Virus record (IMG/VR): IMGVR_UViG_3300017758_004847
Source of the DNA: an uncultured virus (IMG/VR IMGVR_UViG_3300017758_004847)
Lineage: Duplodnaviria; Heunggongvirae; Uroviricota; Caudoviricetes
Reading direction: 5' to 3' (one strand)
Length of the DNA stretch: 64,000 nt
Shown: piece after piece, positions 27,274-36,816 of the stretch
How the letters are laid out: every line of letters begins with the position of its first letter
Numbering within the stretch: position 1 is the stretch's first letter
The notes under the pieces: model-generated
Told to the model about the DNA's origin: nothing
Database searches by the model: none
Seen by the model: only the letters and a program-made list of their open reading frames with translations
Program-made: the position numbers and the translations under genes

Positions 27274-27857
27274 AAACCTAAATCTTTTCTAATATCATTT
27301 TTAACTGTGGTTAAGTACTTGGTTCTCTTCTTGTGAGTAACAAAAGGAACAGACCAAAATTGTTTTGTTTTAAACCATCTACTGAGTTTCCACCCAAAAA
27401 CAAAGGTAAAAACACCTAACACTAATCTCAACTTAACTGAATTTAAGTACAAAATTTGTACAGGTAATGAAGGTGCACCATGTGTAATATAAGTCCTAAC
27501 TTTTTTATCTTTTAGGAATGGTTTGGGATACGCATATAATTTAGTGATATTTACAAATTTATATGCAAAACCAGGTACAAATACTTCGTCAAAAAATATT
27601 TCCATTCTTGGTGTTAATCTAAACCACCATACTGGTGAGATAAAATAAATGTGGGTTGACCAAGTTACCAATTCCTGATACTTTTTAATTAGGTCGGTTC
27701 TTGGTCTGTCAAATGAATCCCTATATAAATCAATCACTCTATATGATTGTTTATGTTTTCTCATCTGTCTTGTTGCAGTTTTATATATACCGTTCCAACA
27801 AAATGATTTTTTATTGGGATGACCTACTACAATTAAAATTTTCTTTTGTTTTTTCAT
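27270..27857 (-). CDS. NAD(P)H-dependent oxidoreductase, flavodoxin-like fold
   Basis: ILIVVGHP..KSF, IDLY, PVWW....P......D.VF.PGFAY. Confidence 0.85.
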   Translation of the reverse strand: MKKQKKILIVVGHPNKKSFCWNGIYKTATRQMRKHKQSYRVIDLYRDSFDRPRTDLIKKYQELVTWSTHIYFISPVWWFRLTPRMEIFFDEVFVPGFAYKFVNITKLYAYPKPFLKDKKVRTYITHGAPSLPVQILYLNSVKLRLVLGVFTFVFGWKLSRWFKTKQFWSVPFVTHKKRTKYLTTVKNDIRKDLGL

Positions 27858-28183
27858 AGACTGAAACTCTCACCACAACCACATGTTCTATTTGCGTTGG
27901 GGTTTATCCATTCAAACCCTTTACCATTTAAACCTCCTTGGAAGTCTAACGTGGTACCAGCTATGTAAAGTATGGATTGTTTATTGATTACTATTTTCAC
28001 TACTTCAAGATCTACGACTTTATCAGTCTCTTCAATCTTATCATCGAAATCCATTAGATATTGTAAACCACTACAACCACCTCCCTTTACACCAACTCTC
28101 AAATGATGGGTATCAGGTGTTAAACCCTTTTCCATCATTAATGCGATTACCTTTTCAAGTGCTATTTCAGTTATATTAACCAT
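27854..28183 (-). CDS. iscA: A-type Fe-S carrier protein (IscA/HesB)
   Basis: LRVGVKGGGCSGL.Y, NPNA.RTCGCGESF. Confidence 0.93.
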   Translation of the reverse strand: MVNITEIALEKVIALMMEKGLTPDTHHLRVGVKGGGCSGLQYLMDFDDKIEETDKVVDLEVVKIVINKQSILYIAGTTLDFQGGLNGKGFEWINPNANRTCGCGESFSL

Positions 28184-28240
28184 TCAACTAACTCTGTTCT
28201 TTAGTTCAGATATAGTATAAATAATACGTAAAATAAATAA

Positions 28241-29665
28241 TTAAATCAAATCGTATTTTTCTTTTACCCAAGAAATGTTTTTTTGTTTTTTGAATCTCTT
28301 TGTTAGTGTGTCCACCACTATTTTAAACTCATCGGGTATTGGTGAGTTGGCCTTACCATATGCCATAGTCATATCACCACTTTTATATTGAACATTAATC
28401 CATTTCTTACCCTTTCTAAGAGAGACGTATACTGATACCGCACCATGATTAAATTGTTGTCCCATGCAATTTTTCATAATGTGACCCTCAACTTTAAACT
28501 CTTCTTCAGTACTTAATATTTTTGGTTTATATACTTCATCACCAATTAAAATGTCTTGTTCAATGTACTTGATAAAATCTTTTTTGAAAACATATCTAAC
28601 TCTGTATCCTCGTGATATGTATTTTTTTACCGATAACCATCGTTCTTCTAATTCTCTAAATTGTAGATCATTAGTAGCGGTATATCGTAAATCAATTCCT
28701 TTCTTTTCTAAAGATTGTCTGAGTGACAGGAGATTATATAAACTATCAACAAAAGAATCGGTCATCATGTTCTCTTTCTCCCAATTAATGATAGTCATCA
28801 TCATATTCTTTTTCTCAGTATCATTTTTTAGGAGGTGGGTTTTATTACCCCTTGGTGGTCTGTAACAATGGAGGTGCCAATCAACTTTGTTTAAGTAATC
28901 AATAAAATTGTCACCAAATAATTTACAAATGTAGTTAAGTGACTTAATGATGATCGGCAGACCCTCCGTGTTATTATTTAATGTACTTATGAATTGTTTT
29001 GTTTTAATACCATACCCATCAAGAACTGAAGGTACGAACTTATAATCATTTAATTTTAGATATTTTAGTTTAGGGTAATCAGTTTGAATATCTAAGTAAA
29101 TTAAGTCATGACCTTTAATATTTTTTTTATCTAAATGATAATCAACAAGTAAATCAAATAATGGATCTATCTCTGTTTTGTGAAAGTGCATTTTATTTCT
29201 AAGATAGTCGTCTTTTATCCTTGGTTGGATAAGGTCCTTTAATATTATAAATGCTTGGTCAACTTTATCACTATATCTTTTACCCCATTTACCAGACCCT
29301 CTTTTGTTTCCTTTGTAGAACGCCTCAGTTGTAAATTCTGCTAGTCTATCAAATCTATTTTTACTGATATTGGGTTTTTTCATTCCCCTGATATCACCAA
29401 AGAAACCTTTAGTCACAGTACTATTCCAAACTCTATAGTTTGCTTTCTTAAGATCAATTGTTAGTTCTGTAGACATCTCGACTTCTCTAACAAGAGTGTA
29501 TTCGGGAATGTCATTATCCCCATCTTTAGGTCTTTTATAGGAGTAATCGTAATCTTGTTTGATTTGAATTGTTTCCTCCCAAAAATAGATTTCTAAGGAG
29601 ACCCTCTCAATCTGTTTACCTTTATCTGTCTTTTTATTTTGTTCGTAACTAAATAACTGTTCCAT
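28241..29665 (-). CDS. PcfJ-like domain protein
   Basis: C-terminal EG..MKNCM...Y.SLR........Q......YGKAN. Confidence 0.65.
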   Translation of the reverse strand: MEQLFSYEQNKKTDKGKQIERVSLEIYFWEETIQIKQDYDYSYKRPKDGDNDIPEYTLVREVEMSTELTIDLKKANYRVWNSTVTKGFFGDIRGMKKPNISKNRFDRLAEFTTEAFYKGNKRGSGKWGKRYSDKVDQAFIILKDLIQPRIKDDYLRNKMHFHKTEIDPLFDLLVDYHLDKKNIKGHDLIYLDIQTDYPKLKYLKLNDYKFVPSVLDGYGIKTKQFISTLNNNTEGLPIIIKSLNYICKLFGDNFIDYLNKVDWHLHCYRPPRGNKTHLLKNDTEKKNMMMTIINWEKENMMTDSFVDSLYNLLSLRQSLEKKGIDLRYTATNDLQFRELEERWLSVKKYISRGYRVRYVFKKDFIKYIEQDILIGDEVYKPKILSTEEEFKVEGHIMKNCMGQQFNHGAVSVYVSLRKGKKWINVQYKSGDMTMAYGKANSPIPDEFKIVVDTLTKRFKKQKNISWVKEKYDLI

Positions 29666-29720
29666 CTATTGAATAATAGATGAAAAAAAGTAGATTGTGA
29701 ATGGTTTTTTTAATACTTTT

Positions 29721-29858
29721 TTAAGAGTGTGCGGACTTGAAGAACTGAATGAACTTAGATATGGTTGATTCCATTTTTATCTTATCCGTTTCAGATACCT
29801 GTGTGACTGGTCTACTAACTCTAATTGGTATTTTTTTATAAATCTTTGGTGCTGACAT
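29721..29858 (-). CDS. Small protein (45 aa, not in ORF track) directly after the twin-Hint gene
   Basis: MSAPKIYKKIPIRVSRPVTQVSETDKIKMESTISKFIQFFKSAHS; ATG 3 nt after the upstream stop. Confidence 0.6.
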   Translation of the reverse strand: MSAPKIYKKIPIRVSRPVTQVSETDKIKMESTISKFIQFFKSAHS

Positions 29859-29861
29859 ATC

Positions 29862-32189
29862 TTACTCTAGTTTATTATGTACGAGAATCCCTTCTGCGTA
29901 AAAATTATTATTATCTTCTACATGTATGATGTAGGTTTGAACGGGAAACAGTTTAGGTGTGATTATTTTTTCAATATCCAAAATTTCTAATTCTCTACCG
30001 TCTTGGTGGAAGAGAATATCACCAACCTCTATTTGTACTGCGTCCCTATCATCTCCTAATTCATACAAAAGATTTGTTTTCGATGGTAAGTATGATGCAA
30101 TACCCTTGTCCTTAACATAATATGGGTGATCTTCTGTTGATGTTAATGTTATGTCGTCGGATATAACATATTTTACAAGATCATCGTGTAAAGGATCATT
30201 TTTACCGATTACTAGTTTATTTTCTTGTGTCTTTGTCTCTTCATTAAATGATAAAACTTCATCTCCAATATCAAGGGTTTCTATGGGAACAAGTGTTCCG
30301 TCACCCATTGTTACTTTAGTCCCCTTAACAAAACAGTCGGATGGAATCATAAATCTAAAACGGTTGTGAGTAATTATATTTAGATTCATTGTGTGACTAT
30401 CACCGAGTACATATGTATCGTTATCCTCCACGTTTATACCATAGAGTTTACTACTTGGTTCATCTAAGAAACAGAATTCCACTGAAGTGATATCAACTAA
30501 GTTACCGTCATTACTAAACAACTTGTGTAATGATGGATTCAAATCCATTGCTGGTTCAAATTTTGTGATGTTAGTACTTGTGTTGTATGCTATATATCTT
30601 TTTCCAATACCTGTGTAAATTTTATCACCGTTACTTAGTGCAATTTCCGTAACCACGTTATTCTTAGCGTCTTCAACTTTAATATCGACAATAGATGCTG
30701 TGGAATCAGACTCGGTATATGTTAAGGTCGAACCAGTGATTTGCCAATTATCAGTGTTTGTTTCGTCTAAATCTAAACCTTCAATAGTTTTAGATTTTAC
30801 TACATCATTCACTTCAAGTTGACTAAGACTTTTACTTGTACCATCAGACATAAGTACGGTGTGTGTTCCATATAATGATTCGGATTTGTATGGTATGATA
30901 GAATTTGTTGCAAACTCATAATAGTGTCTTGGATTTATAATATTCAAACATTGGTTGTCTTTGACTAATGAAGTCTTACCTATATTAACCTTACCAAGTT
31001 GATCACCTAAGTCAAAAAACAATCTTGTGGTTTCGTTGTTTAAATTATAGACAGTGAAATTAACCACATACTTTTGTCTTGTTGTAGTAATACTAATAAC
31101 TTCATTTACATTTGTCCAAGGATCATGATCTAAACCTAAACCAACTATTATTGTTCTTTCTACATCACTCCAAGCGTCAAACTCTATTTTGTAGTGGGAC
31201 CCATCTTGAACATTGACTTTCTGTGTTAAGTTAACCTCGTGTTTTTCACCAACAACAGTTACATCCGCCGAATAATATGTGTCACCATCTACAGTTTCTA
31301 CGTTTACCTCGTTGGGGTCATCCACACCTTCTGTCCATGAAGTACTACCACCACTAAAATCACCATTGTTAAGTAATTCGACATCACCGATAATATCAAT
31401 CTCTGTCGGTATTTCAGTGTATGATGAATTTTGTAATGTGGCAAGGTTTAATACATCAAGTTCACTACCGTATATGATACTGTAGGATCTAAATGATACT
31501 ACTCTATTTTGTTCATCTAAACTATCATTACCAAAATGATATTGTTCTATAATCTCTTGTCCGTGAACAACACCATTTGTTAATCCCTCGACTCTATTTG
31601 CATTTGTATCATTTATACTACCAATCTTACCAAATTTGTGAGTTTGTCCCGATCCTTTTTCTACTTGTTTTATTGCAACATCAGGGATATTAGTAGGTCT
31701 ATTATCTAAAAAGGTATCTTCAATTGTATTGTGATGTACGTTATTTTCATCGGTATATGAAAATGATATAATGTCGGAAGATGAATCATTTGTTTTAAAT
31801 AAATTTAATGTGTTAAATCTATTTTTTATATAACTTGAATCAAATATTGCATTTTCGTCGTAGACTAATCTTAATATAAAATTACTACCACTTTCACTAA
31901 TCGCAGTTGGGTAAATTGAATTGGGTTGTTCCCTATGTAAATTTACTTGTAGAGATGGTAATGTATCCTGATAAGTATCCACAATTCTTTTGACTATATG
32001 GTTATGTATGTCTTTGTAAATAATATCTAAAGTCGTCAGTGAATTTTCATTAAGGATTTGATATAAACCAGAGAAATCTAATAGTGCGGAGCTTGAAGAT
32101 CCAGCAGCGGTATCTGTGTTAAATTCAATTAACCTTAATTCACCTAATTCATCTTTGATAAAGTCACCACTAAAAAGAGTCCCTTTCAT
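29862..32189 (-). CDS. Multidomain protein: ATP-grasp-like N-terminus, CBM4/9-like domain, two tandem Hint domains
   Basis: DF......LRLIEFNT; ELLNNGDF..W..LTQ..YKIEFDA; SLYGT.TVLMSDG...IITHN; CFVKGTKVTMGDG..TEDHP..NFYAEGILVHN. Confidence 0.75.
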   Translation of the reverse strand: MKGTLFSGDFIKDELGELRLIEFNTDTAAGSSSSALLDFSGLYQILNENSLTTLDIIYKDIHNHIVKRIVDTYQDTLPSLQVNLHREQPNSIYPTAISESGSNFILRLVYDENAIFDSSYIKNRFNTLNLFKTNDSSSDIISFSYTDENNVHHNTIEDTFLDNRPTNIPDVAIKQVEKGSGQTHKFGKIGSINDTNANRVEGLTNGVVHGQEIIEQYHFGNDSLDEQNRVVSFRSYSIIYGSELDVLNLATLQNSSYTEIPTEIDIIGDVELLNNGDFSGGSTSWTEGVDDPNEVNVETVDGDTYYSADVTVVGEKHEVNLTQKVNVQDGSHYKIEFDAWSDVERTIIVGLGLDHDPWTNVNEVISITTTRQKYVVNFTVYNLNNETTRLFFDLGDQLGKVNIGKTSLVKDNQCLNIINPRHYYEFATNSIIPYKSESLYGTHTVLMSDGTSKSLSQLEVNDVVKSKTIEGLDLDETNTDNWQITGSTLTYTESDSTASIVDIKVEDAKNNVVTEIALSNGDKIYTGIGKRYIAYNTSTNITKFEPAMDLNPSLHKLFSNDGNLVDITSVEFCFLDEPSSKLYGINVEDNDTYVLGDSHTMNLNIITHNRFRFMIPSDCFVKGTKVTMGDGTLVPIETLDIGDEVLSFNEETKTQENKLVIGKNDPLHDDLVKYVISDDITLTSTEDHPYYVKDKGIASYLPSKTNLLYELGDDRDAVQIEVGDILFHQDGRELEILDIEKIITPKLFPVQTYIIHVEDNNNFYAEGILVHNKLE

Positions 32190-32291
32190 AATGTATAATG
32201 TTTGTTATATAAATAGTTTATTTCTCAATAATAGTAAACCCAATAAGATTTATTGTTGACTTATAGTTAGTGATTACGTATAGTTATATAT

Positions 32292-32816
32292 ATGAGAAAC
32301 ATTTTAATCGTTGGTATACCAAGAAGTGGTACTACAAATTTACTTAAAAGTTTATCTTTATTTTACAAATATAAAGCGGTGTTCGAACCTTCTTATGAAG
32401 AACTTAAAGAAATGAATATTAACAAAAAAGTAGTAAAGGTTATTGCAGGCCCATGGTTTCCAAACAAATATCTCATAGAACAGTCAAAAAGGTTCGACGG
32501 TATTATATTTATCAGTAGAAGAGATTTAAAGTCATCGGCGGAATCTTTGTACGTCATGAGGACATACAATGATAGAATTGTCAATAGACAATGGTCTGAT
32601 GAATTTATACCTGAAAATATTAAGGAATACAACGAACAAGTACTTTCGGATAAAATGTTACATGAGTTCGCAAAGACTCTTTCAATAGATGTAAACTATT
32701 ATGAAGACGTTTACACCACAAAAAAATTAAACGATGATAGGTTTGGTCTACATCCCGAACCTTTACACGATAGGAATAAGTTAAGGAGGATAAAAAATCA
32801 AAAAACTTTTATATGA
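32292..32816 (+). CDS. Sulfotransferase-family protein
   Basis: IVGIPRSGTT (5'-PSB-like), FEP, R......S, YYED. Confidence 0.75.
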   Translation: MRNILIVGIPRSGTTNLLKSLSLFYKYKAVFEPSYEELKEMNINKKVVKVIAGPWFPNKYLIEQSKRFDGIIFISRRDLKSSAESLYVMRTYNDRIVNRQWSDEFIPENIKEYNEQVLSDKMLHEFAKTLSIDVNYYEDVYTTKKLNDDRFGLHPEPLHDRNKLRRIKNQKTFI

Positions 32817-33352
32817 GTTGGAGTTACAAACACATAGGTAATTATAAGACTTCAAATATTTTAGAGTTCGTAAATAAATTAAGTGATGCCGATTGGTCTC
32901 TTTGGACATTCAAACAAGATTCATATGCAAAAGTTCATCATAACACAAATACAATACCTGTGTTAGTTGATGAAGAGTACGAATTAAGAAGGGGTCAAAA
33001 AACAATTTATTACAAACTGTTAGAGAGTGAAATTAAGGGTATCGAAGAGGTGATAAAAACCACTTTAGGTGATGGTACCGTCCTTCGAATTGAAATTGCA
33101 AAACTTAAATCTAGTACTGTAATTCCTGAACATGTGGATACGGGTGTTTCTTTAATAGGTAACAGTAGAATACATCTACCAATCGTAACTAATAATGAAT
33201 GTATTTTTAAAGTGAATGGTGTGGAAAAGTTTATTCCTGTTGGTGAGTTGTGGGAAATTAATAACGAGTCTTTACATGGTGTTACAAATCTTGGGGGAGA
33301 TAGAATACATATGATAATTGATTTTAAGAAGTCCGCAAGGGTACTATTTTAA
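32813..33352 (+). CDS. Aspartyl/asparaginyl beta-hydroxylase-like 2OG oxygenase
   Basis: IPEHVD, RIHLPIVTN, GELWEINN..LHGVTN.G.DRIHMIID. Confidence 0.88.
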   Translation: MSWSYKHIGNYKTSNILEFVNKLSDADWSLWTFKQDSYAKVHHNTNTIPVLVDEEYELRRGQKTIYYKLLESEIKGIEEVIKTTLGDGTVLRIEIAKLKSSTVIPEHVDTGVSLIGNSRIHLPIVTNNECIFKVNGVEKFIPVGELWEINNESLHGVTNLGGDRIHMIIDFKKSARVLF

Positions 33353-33588
33353 AATCCCATATGACTCACAACTATTTGACCTAAATTATGTGATGGTTGG
33401 TAGTATTTAAAATCGTGTCTTTCACATATTTCAATTACACCGTCTCTCATAGGTTTACTATTTCCCGTAATGACCGTAACATCGAATGAACCTTTCAAAG
33501 ACCTCATAAGTAGTTCATCTTCTACTAACACAAACGCATCTTCCCTATACATTCCGTGTAGATCTATTTCTTTATTTTGCCAACCCAT
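33349..33588 (-). CDS. Smr-domain protein
   Basis: IDLHG...EDA, VITG.S, N.G. Confidence 0.8.
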   Translation of the reverse strand: MGWQNKEIDLHGMYREDAFVLVEDELLMRSLKGSFDVTVITGNSKPMRDGVIEICERHDFKYYQPSHNLGQIVVSHMGF

Positions 33589-33865
33589 TTATTATTCTGT
33601 TTTGCACTTCTACTGAGTAGTTCATAAGAAAATCGAACACCGCCCTTGTAATTTCAGGGTCAACATCATTTTCAATAGATTGTTGTTTTATTTTTTCAAA
33701 TATATCCTCTCTCCTTTTTGGACACATCTCATGGGTATCATACTTCTTTTTGAGTCTACCGAAATCCTTTGTAAGATTAATTCTTGAAATAATAACATCC
33801 ATGATAATCTCGTCAGTAATATCGATTAAATCACGTAGTTCTTCTATTTCTTTTTCGTAGCTCAT
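33572..33865 (-). CDS. Chorismate mutase (AroQ-type)
   Basis: IEELR..ID..DE.I...I..R.......G.LK.........RRE. Confidence 0.75.
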   Translation of the reverse strand: MSYEKEIEELRDLIDITDEIIMDVIISRINLTKDFGRLKKKYDTHEMCPKRREDIFEKIKQQSIENDVDPEITRAVFDFLMNYSVEVQNRIINGLAK

Positions 33866-33991
33866 CCTCAGTCTTTTCACTTAAACTTTGTTGAAGTCTT
33901 TGTATTTCAAATTTTATTTCTTGCGTCTGTGGACGAATTTGTTTAAGTTCCAAAATTTTGTCTACTATTTCTCTATCAATACCTTTCATAA

Positions 33992-34873
33992 TCAATTACT
34001 TAATTCACCTTTTATTCTTGCGTGGGACTCATACCCAATAATTTTATAATCAAATTCACCATTTAATATATTAACATTGGATAATTCGATAGTTGGTAAC
34101 TTGTAAGGATCTCTTGAGAGTTGTTCCTTACATTGTTCTATGTGATTCTTATAAATATGAACGTCACCCAAATTACAAATAAGATCACCAGGTTTTAAAT
34201 TGGTCTCTTCACATAATAAAAGTAATAGAGTCGCATATGAAGTTATATTAAAAGGTAACCCTAAGAAGGTATCGACACTTCTCTGATTCCACATTAAAGA
34301 TAGTTTACCGTTATTTACGTAACATTGGAACCCGTAATGACATGGAGGTAATTTCATATAAATAAGATCTGAAACATTCCAAGCATTCACCATCAACCTT
34401 CTACTTGTAGGGTCATTTTTAATATTATAAATCAAATCTTTAATTTGGTCAACTCCGTTGAAGTCTCTCCACTGTTTTCCATAGATAAATCCAAGGTTAC
34501 CCCATTGTTTTGAGAAGTCATCATCCTCTAATATTTTTTGTTCGAATTCTTTGACACCATATTCAGGATCTTCTAAGTCCCAATGATGTACTCTTTCGTA
34601 AACACTATACGCATCACCTGTCCATATATGACAATTGTTTTGTAACAAGTATCTTAAATCGGTCCTACCTTTTAAGAACCATTTAAGTTCAGTCATGATT
34701 GATTTAATTGCCATTTTTTTAGTTGTTAGGATTGGAAATCCCTCTGACATATCATGACGTAGTTGTCTTCCGAATACTGATATTGTACCAGTTCCTGTTC
34801 TGTCTTCTTTTTCTTCACCGTTTTTTAAAATGTCGGTGAGTAGGTTTTGATAAACTAAATCTATTTTGTTCAT
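33992..34873 (-). CDS. thyA: Thymidylate synthase
   Basis: DRTGTGT, FPILTTKK, SRRL..AWN, LPPCH, QRSVD.FLGLPFN, HIYKNH; start revised to MNKID. Confidence 0.97.
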   Translation of the reverse strand: MNKIDLVYQNLLTDILKNGEEKEDRTGTGTISVFGRQLRHDMSEGFPILTTKKMAIKSIMTELKWFLKGRTDLRYLLQNNCHIWTGDAYSVYERVHHWDLEDPEYGVKEFEQKILEDDDFSKQWGNLGFIYGKQWRDFNGVDQIKDLIYNIKNDPTSRRLMVNAWNVSDLIYMKLPPCHYGFQCYVNNGKLSLMWNQRSVDTFLGLPFNITSYATLLLLLCEETNLKPGDLICNLGDVHIYKNHIEQCKEQLSRDPYKLPTIELSNVNILNGEFDYKIIGYESHARIKGELSN

Positions 34874-35217
34874 TTCCAAAATATTTGTATTGATATTAGA
34901 ATAAAACAAAGACCTAAACTAAGTAATGTTTTAATATCCAACCCCTCTTTAAAATATATGTTAACAAAAATTGCATATTGAATCATTCCGATACTAAACC
35001 CAATAAACCTTGCGGGCCACAATAACCCATCCATTGCATCTACAGTGTGTTTTGTTCCCCATATAAAAAAGAATGATATTATCATCCCTGATGCCGCGAC
35101 TAATATTTCATTTTCCTTAAAACTCTTCCAAATAAATTGTCCGTTAAGTTGATAGAAAACTAAAATGTGTCCGATTAAAAAATATAGGAGTCCTAAAGAT
35201 AAGTCTGTTACTTTCAT
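34870..35217 (-). CDS. Four-TM membrane protein (DMT-like)
   Basis: Four hydrophobic helices. Confidence 0.65.
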   Translation of the reverse strand: MKVTDLSLGLLYFLIGHILVFYQLNGQFIWKSFKENEILVAASGMIISFFFIWGTKHTVDAMDGLLWPARFIGFSIGMIQYAIFVNIYFKEGLDIKTLLSLGLCFILISIQIFWK

Positions 35218-35263
35218 ACTTGTAAATTATACATATTTATTATTATATTGTAAATATTAAACT

Positions 35264-35599
35264 ATGTCAGTAATCCTTGATAGTAAAGTACATGAAGCGG
35301 AGTACATGGAAACTCCCGAACAAATCAAACACGGTATGATGGGTCGTAGAGAACTCAAAGGTTGTATGGTGTTTAAGATGGGTATGGGACATCACAGTTT
35401 TTGGATGAGGAAATGTCTTGTACCTTTAGATATAGTATTTGTTAGTAAGAATGTAATAACAAAAATTTACCTTGATTGTCAACCCTGTGATTTAAACTGT
35501 GATGAAAGATACACTGGTATTGGTGATCACGTCGTTGAGTTTCTTTCAGGTACTTGTAGAAATACTAAGGTTGGGGATCGAATAAGTCTGTATTATTAA
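35264..35599 (+). CDS. DUF192-family protein
   Basis: TP.....GMM.R, MVF, FWM.....PLDIVFV, VVE...G. Confidence 0.85.
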   Translation: MSVILDSKVHEAEYMETPEQIKHGMMGRRELKGCMVFKMGMGHHSFWMRKCLVPLDIVFVSKNVITKIYLDCQPCDLNCDERYTGIGDHVVEFLSGTCRNTKVGDRISLYY

Positions 35600-36248
35600 A
35601 CTCATATTTTACCTTAGGTTTAACTTTTTCAAAAACCCAAAAATAAGAATGGAACTTTCTAGCGTGGTGTTGCTTCTTCCACTTAGTACCATTAAATGCG
35701 TTAACTCTAATATTTGATGTGAGTACGAACATGTCTCTTGGATAAAAACCGAGTTCTAACGCCATATTCATAATCATCACATGTGTGAAGTGTTGTTTAC
35801 CTCCCGATACTGTATCCTGACATTTCATCACAACAAATCCACCTTTTTCACATAATCTATATAACTCTTTGAGTGAGTTATAATAATTGTCGGTCAGTTT
35901 CTTATATGTTGTATACCCTTCAAATCGTTTGGCAATTATTGAACTACCAACCTTGTTATTTTTATACGATTTACCCGATATAACAAAAGGCGGATCATAC
36001 ATTATCGCTTTCATCGACTCACTCTCAAAAGGTAAGTTCTCTGAATCCGCCTTCAAAACGTTTTCATAATGTGGATATAGGTCAGTTTTATGTGTTGGGT
36101 CTGGCAATCCTTTCCAAAAATTACCTCTTGAGTATGTGGGGTCAAGATCAAATTTATCTATATTATACAATCTCATAATATTAGAAATTGCCTCATTATT
36201 AGATGTGTATACACTCTTGACCATTACAAAATCTTCATTTACATCCAT
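35565..36248 (-). CDS. SAM-dependent amino-methyltransferase (DNA m6A/m4C-like)
   Basis: LDPTYS.G.FW motif I, YDPPF motif IV, E.YRL...GG..V.KCQD. Confidence 0.75.
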   Translation of the reverse strand: MDVNEDFVMVKSVYTSNNEAISNIMRLYNIDKFDLDPTYSRGNFWKGLPDPTHKTDLYPHYENVLKADSENLPFESESMKAIMYDPPFVISGKSYKNNKVGSSIIAKRFEGYTTYKKLTDNYYNSLKELYRLCEKGGFVVMKCQDTVSGGKQHFTHVMIMNMALELGFYPRDMFVLTSNIRVNAFNGTKWKKQHHARKFHSYFWVFEKVKPKVKYEFNNTDLFDPQP

Positions 36249-36398
36249 GTTCGTCTTGTTTTAATAAAGTATAAGGAAAATATTTTAATAAATCCACCCC
36301 CACTTAAGACTTGACAAAGAATTATATTTTATATATTATTTTATTGAACCCTTCGAGATTTTCTGATAAGGTGATAATTATAGATAAACAATTATATT

Positions 36399-36539
36399 AT
36401 GGGATGCGGATGTAAAAAAAAGAAAGCCACAACACAAACTCAAACTTTTCCTAACACTCAACAACAGGTTGGTAACACGAATAAAGAACCGATTGTAGTT
36501 AAAATCGAAGAGTCACAGTTTACTAAGGTTAAAAAGTAG
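36399..36539 (+). CDS. Small protein with MGCGCKK N-terminus (46 aa, not in ORF track)
   Basis: MGCGCKKKKATTQTQ...; followed by a terminator. Confidence 0.6.
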   Translation: MGCGCKKKKATTQTQTFPNTQQQVGNTNKEPIVVKIEESQFTKVKK

Positions 36540-36548
36540 AAATTAAGA

Positions 36549-36576
36549 ACTGGTGTCTTTACATCAGTCTTTTTTT
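36549..36576 (+). terminator. Intrinsic terminator
   Basis: ACTGGTGT-CTTT-ACATCAGT then T-run. Confidence 0.65.
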
Positions 36577-36609
36577 GTCTTCTAAATATATATAAAAATA
36601 TATACTAAT

Positions 36610-36813
36610 ATGAGTAAAGCAAAAACAAAATTGACAACAGTTAATGTAATTGAGGATAAATATAAGGTATTTAGAATCAACACTATAGAAACTGACGGAG
36701 TCAATTTCCAAAAATTAGTTAATAGGTCTATGGACTTATATAATAATAACGAAAGTTTCAGGGAATTGATAGATAATCACAACGTTCTGTCTGTGAGTGG
36801 TTCAAGGTTTTAA
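36610..36813 (+). CDS. Small ribbon-helix-helix-like protein heading the glycosyltransferase operon
   Basis: LTTVNV...Y..F........FQKLVNRS..LY. Confidence 0.55.
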   Translation: MSKAKTKLTTVNVIEDKYKVFRINTIETDGVNFQKLVNRSMDLYNNNESFRELIDNHNVLSVSGSRF

Positions 36814-36816
36814 TTA

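Noticed and set aside
29874..30878. Mobile homing inteins
   Set aside because: No endonuclease domain, and the residues after Asn are Arg and Lys rather than Cys/Ser/Thr, so canonical splicing is unlikely; treated as Hint autoprocessing domains
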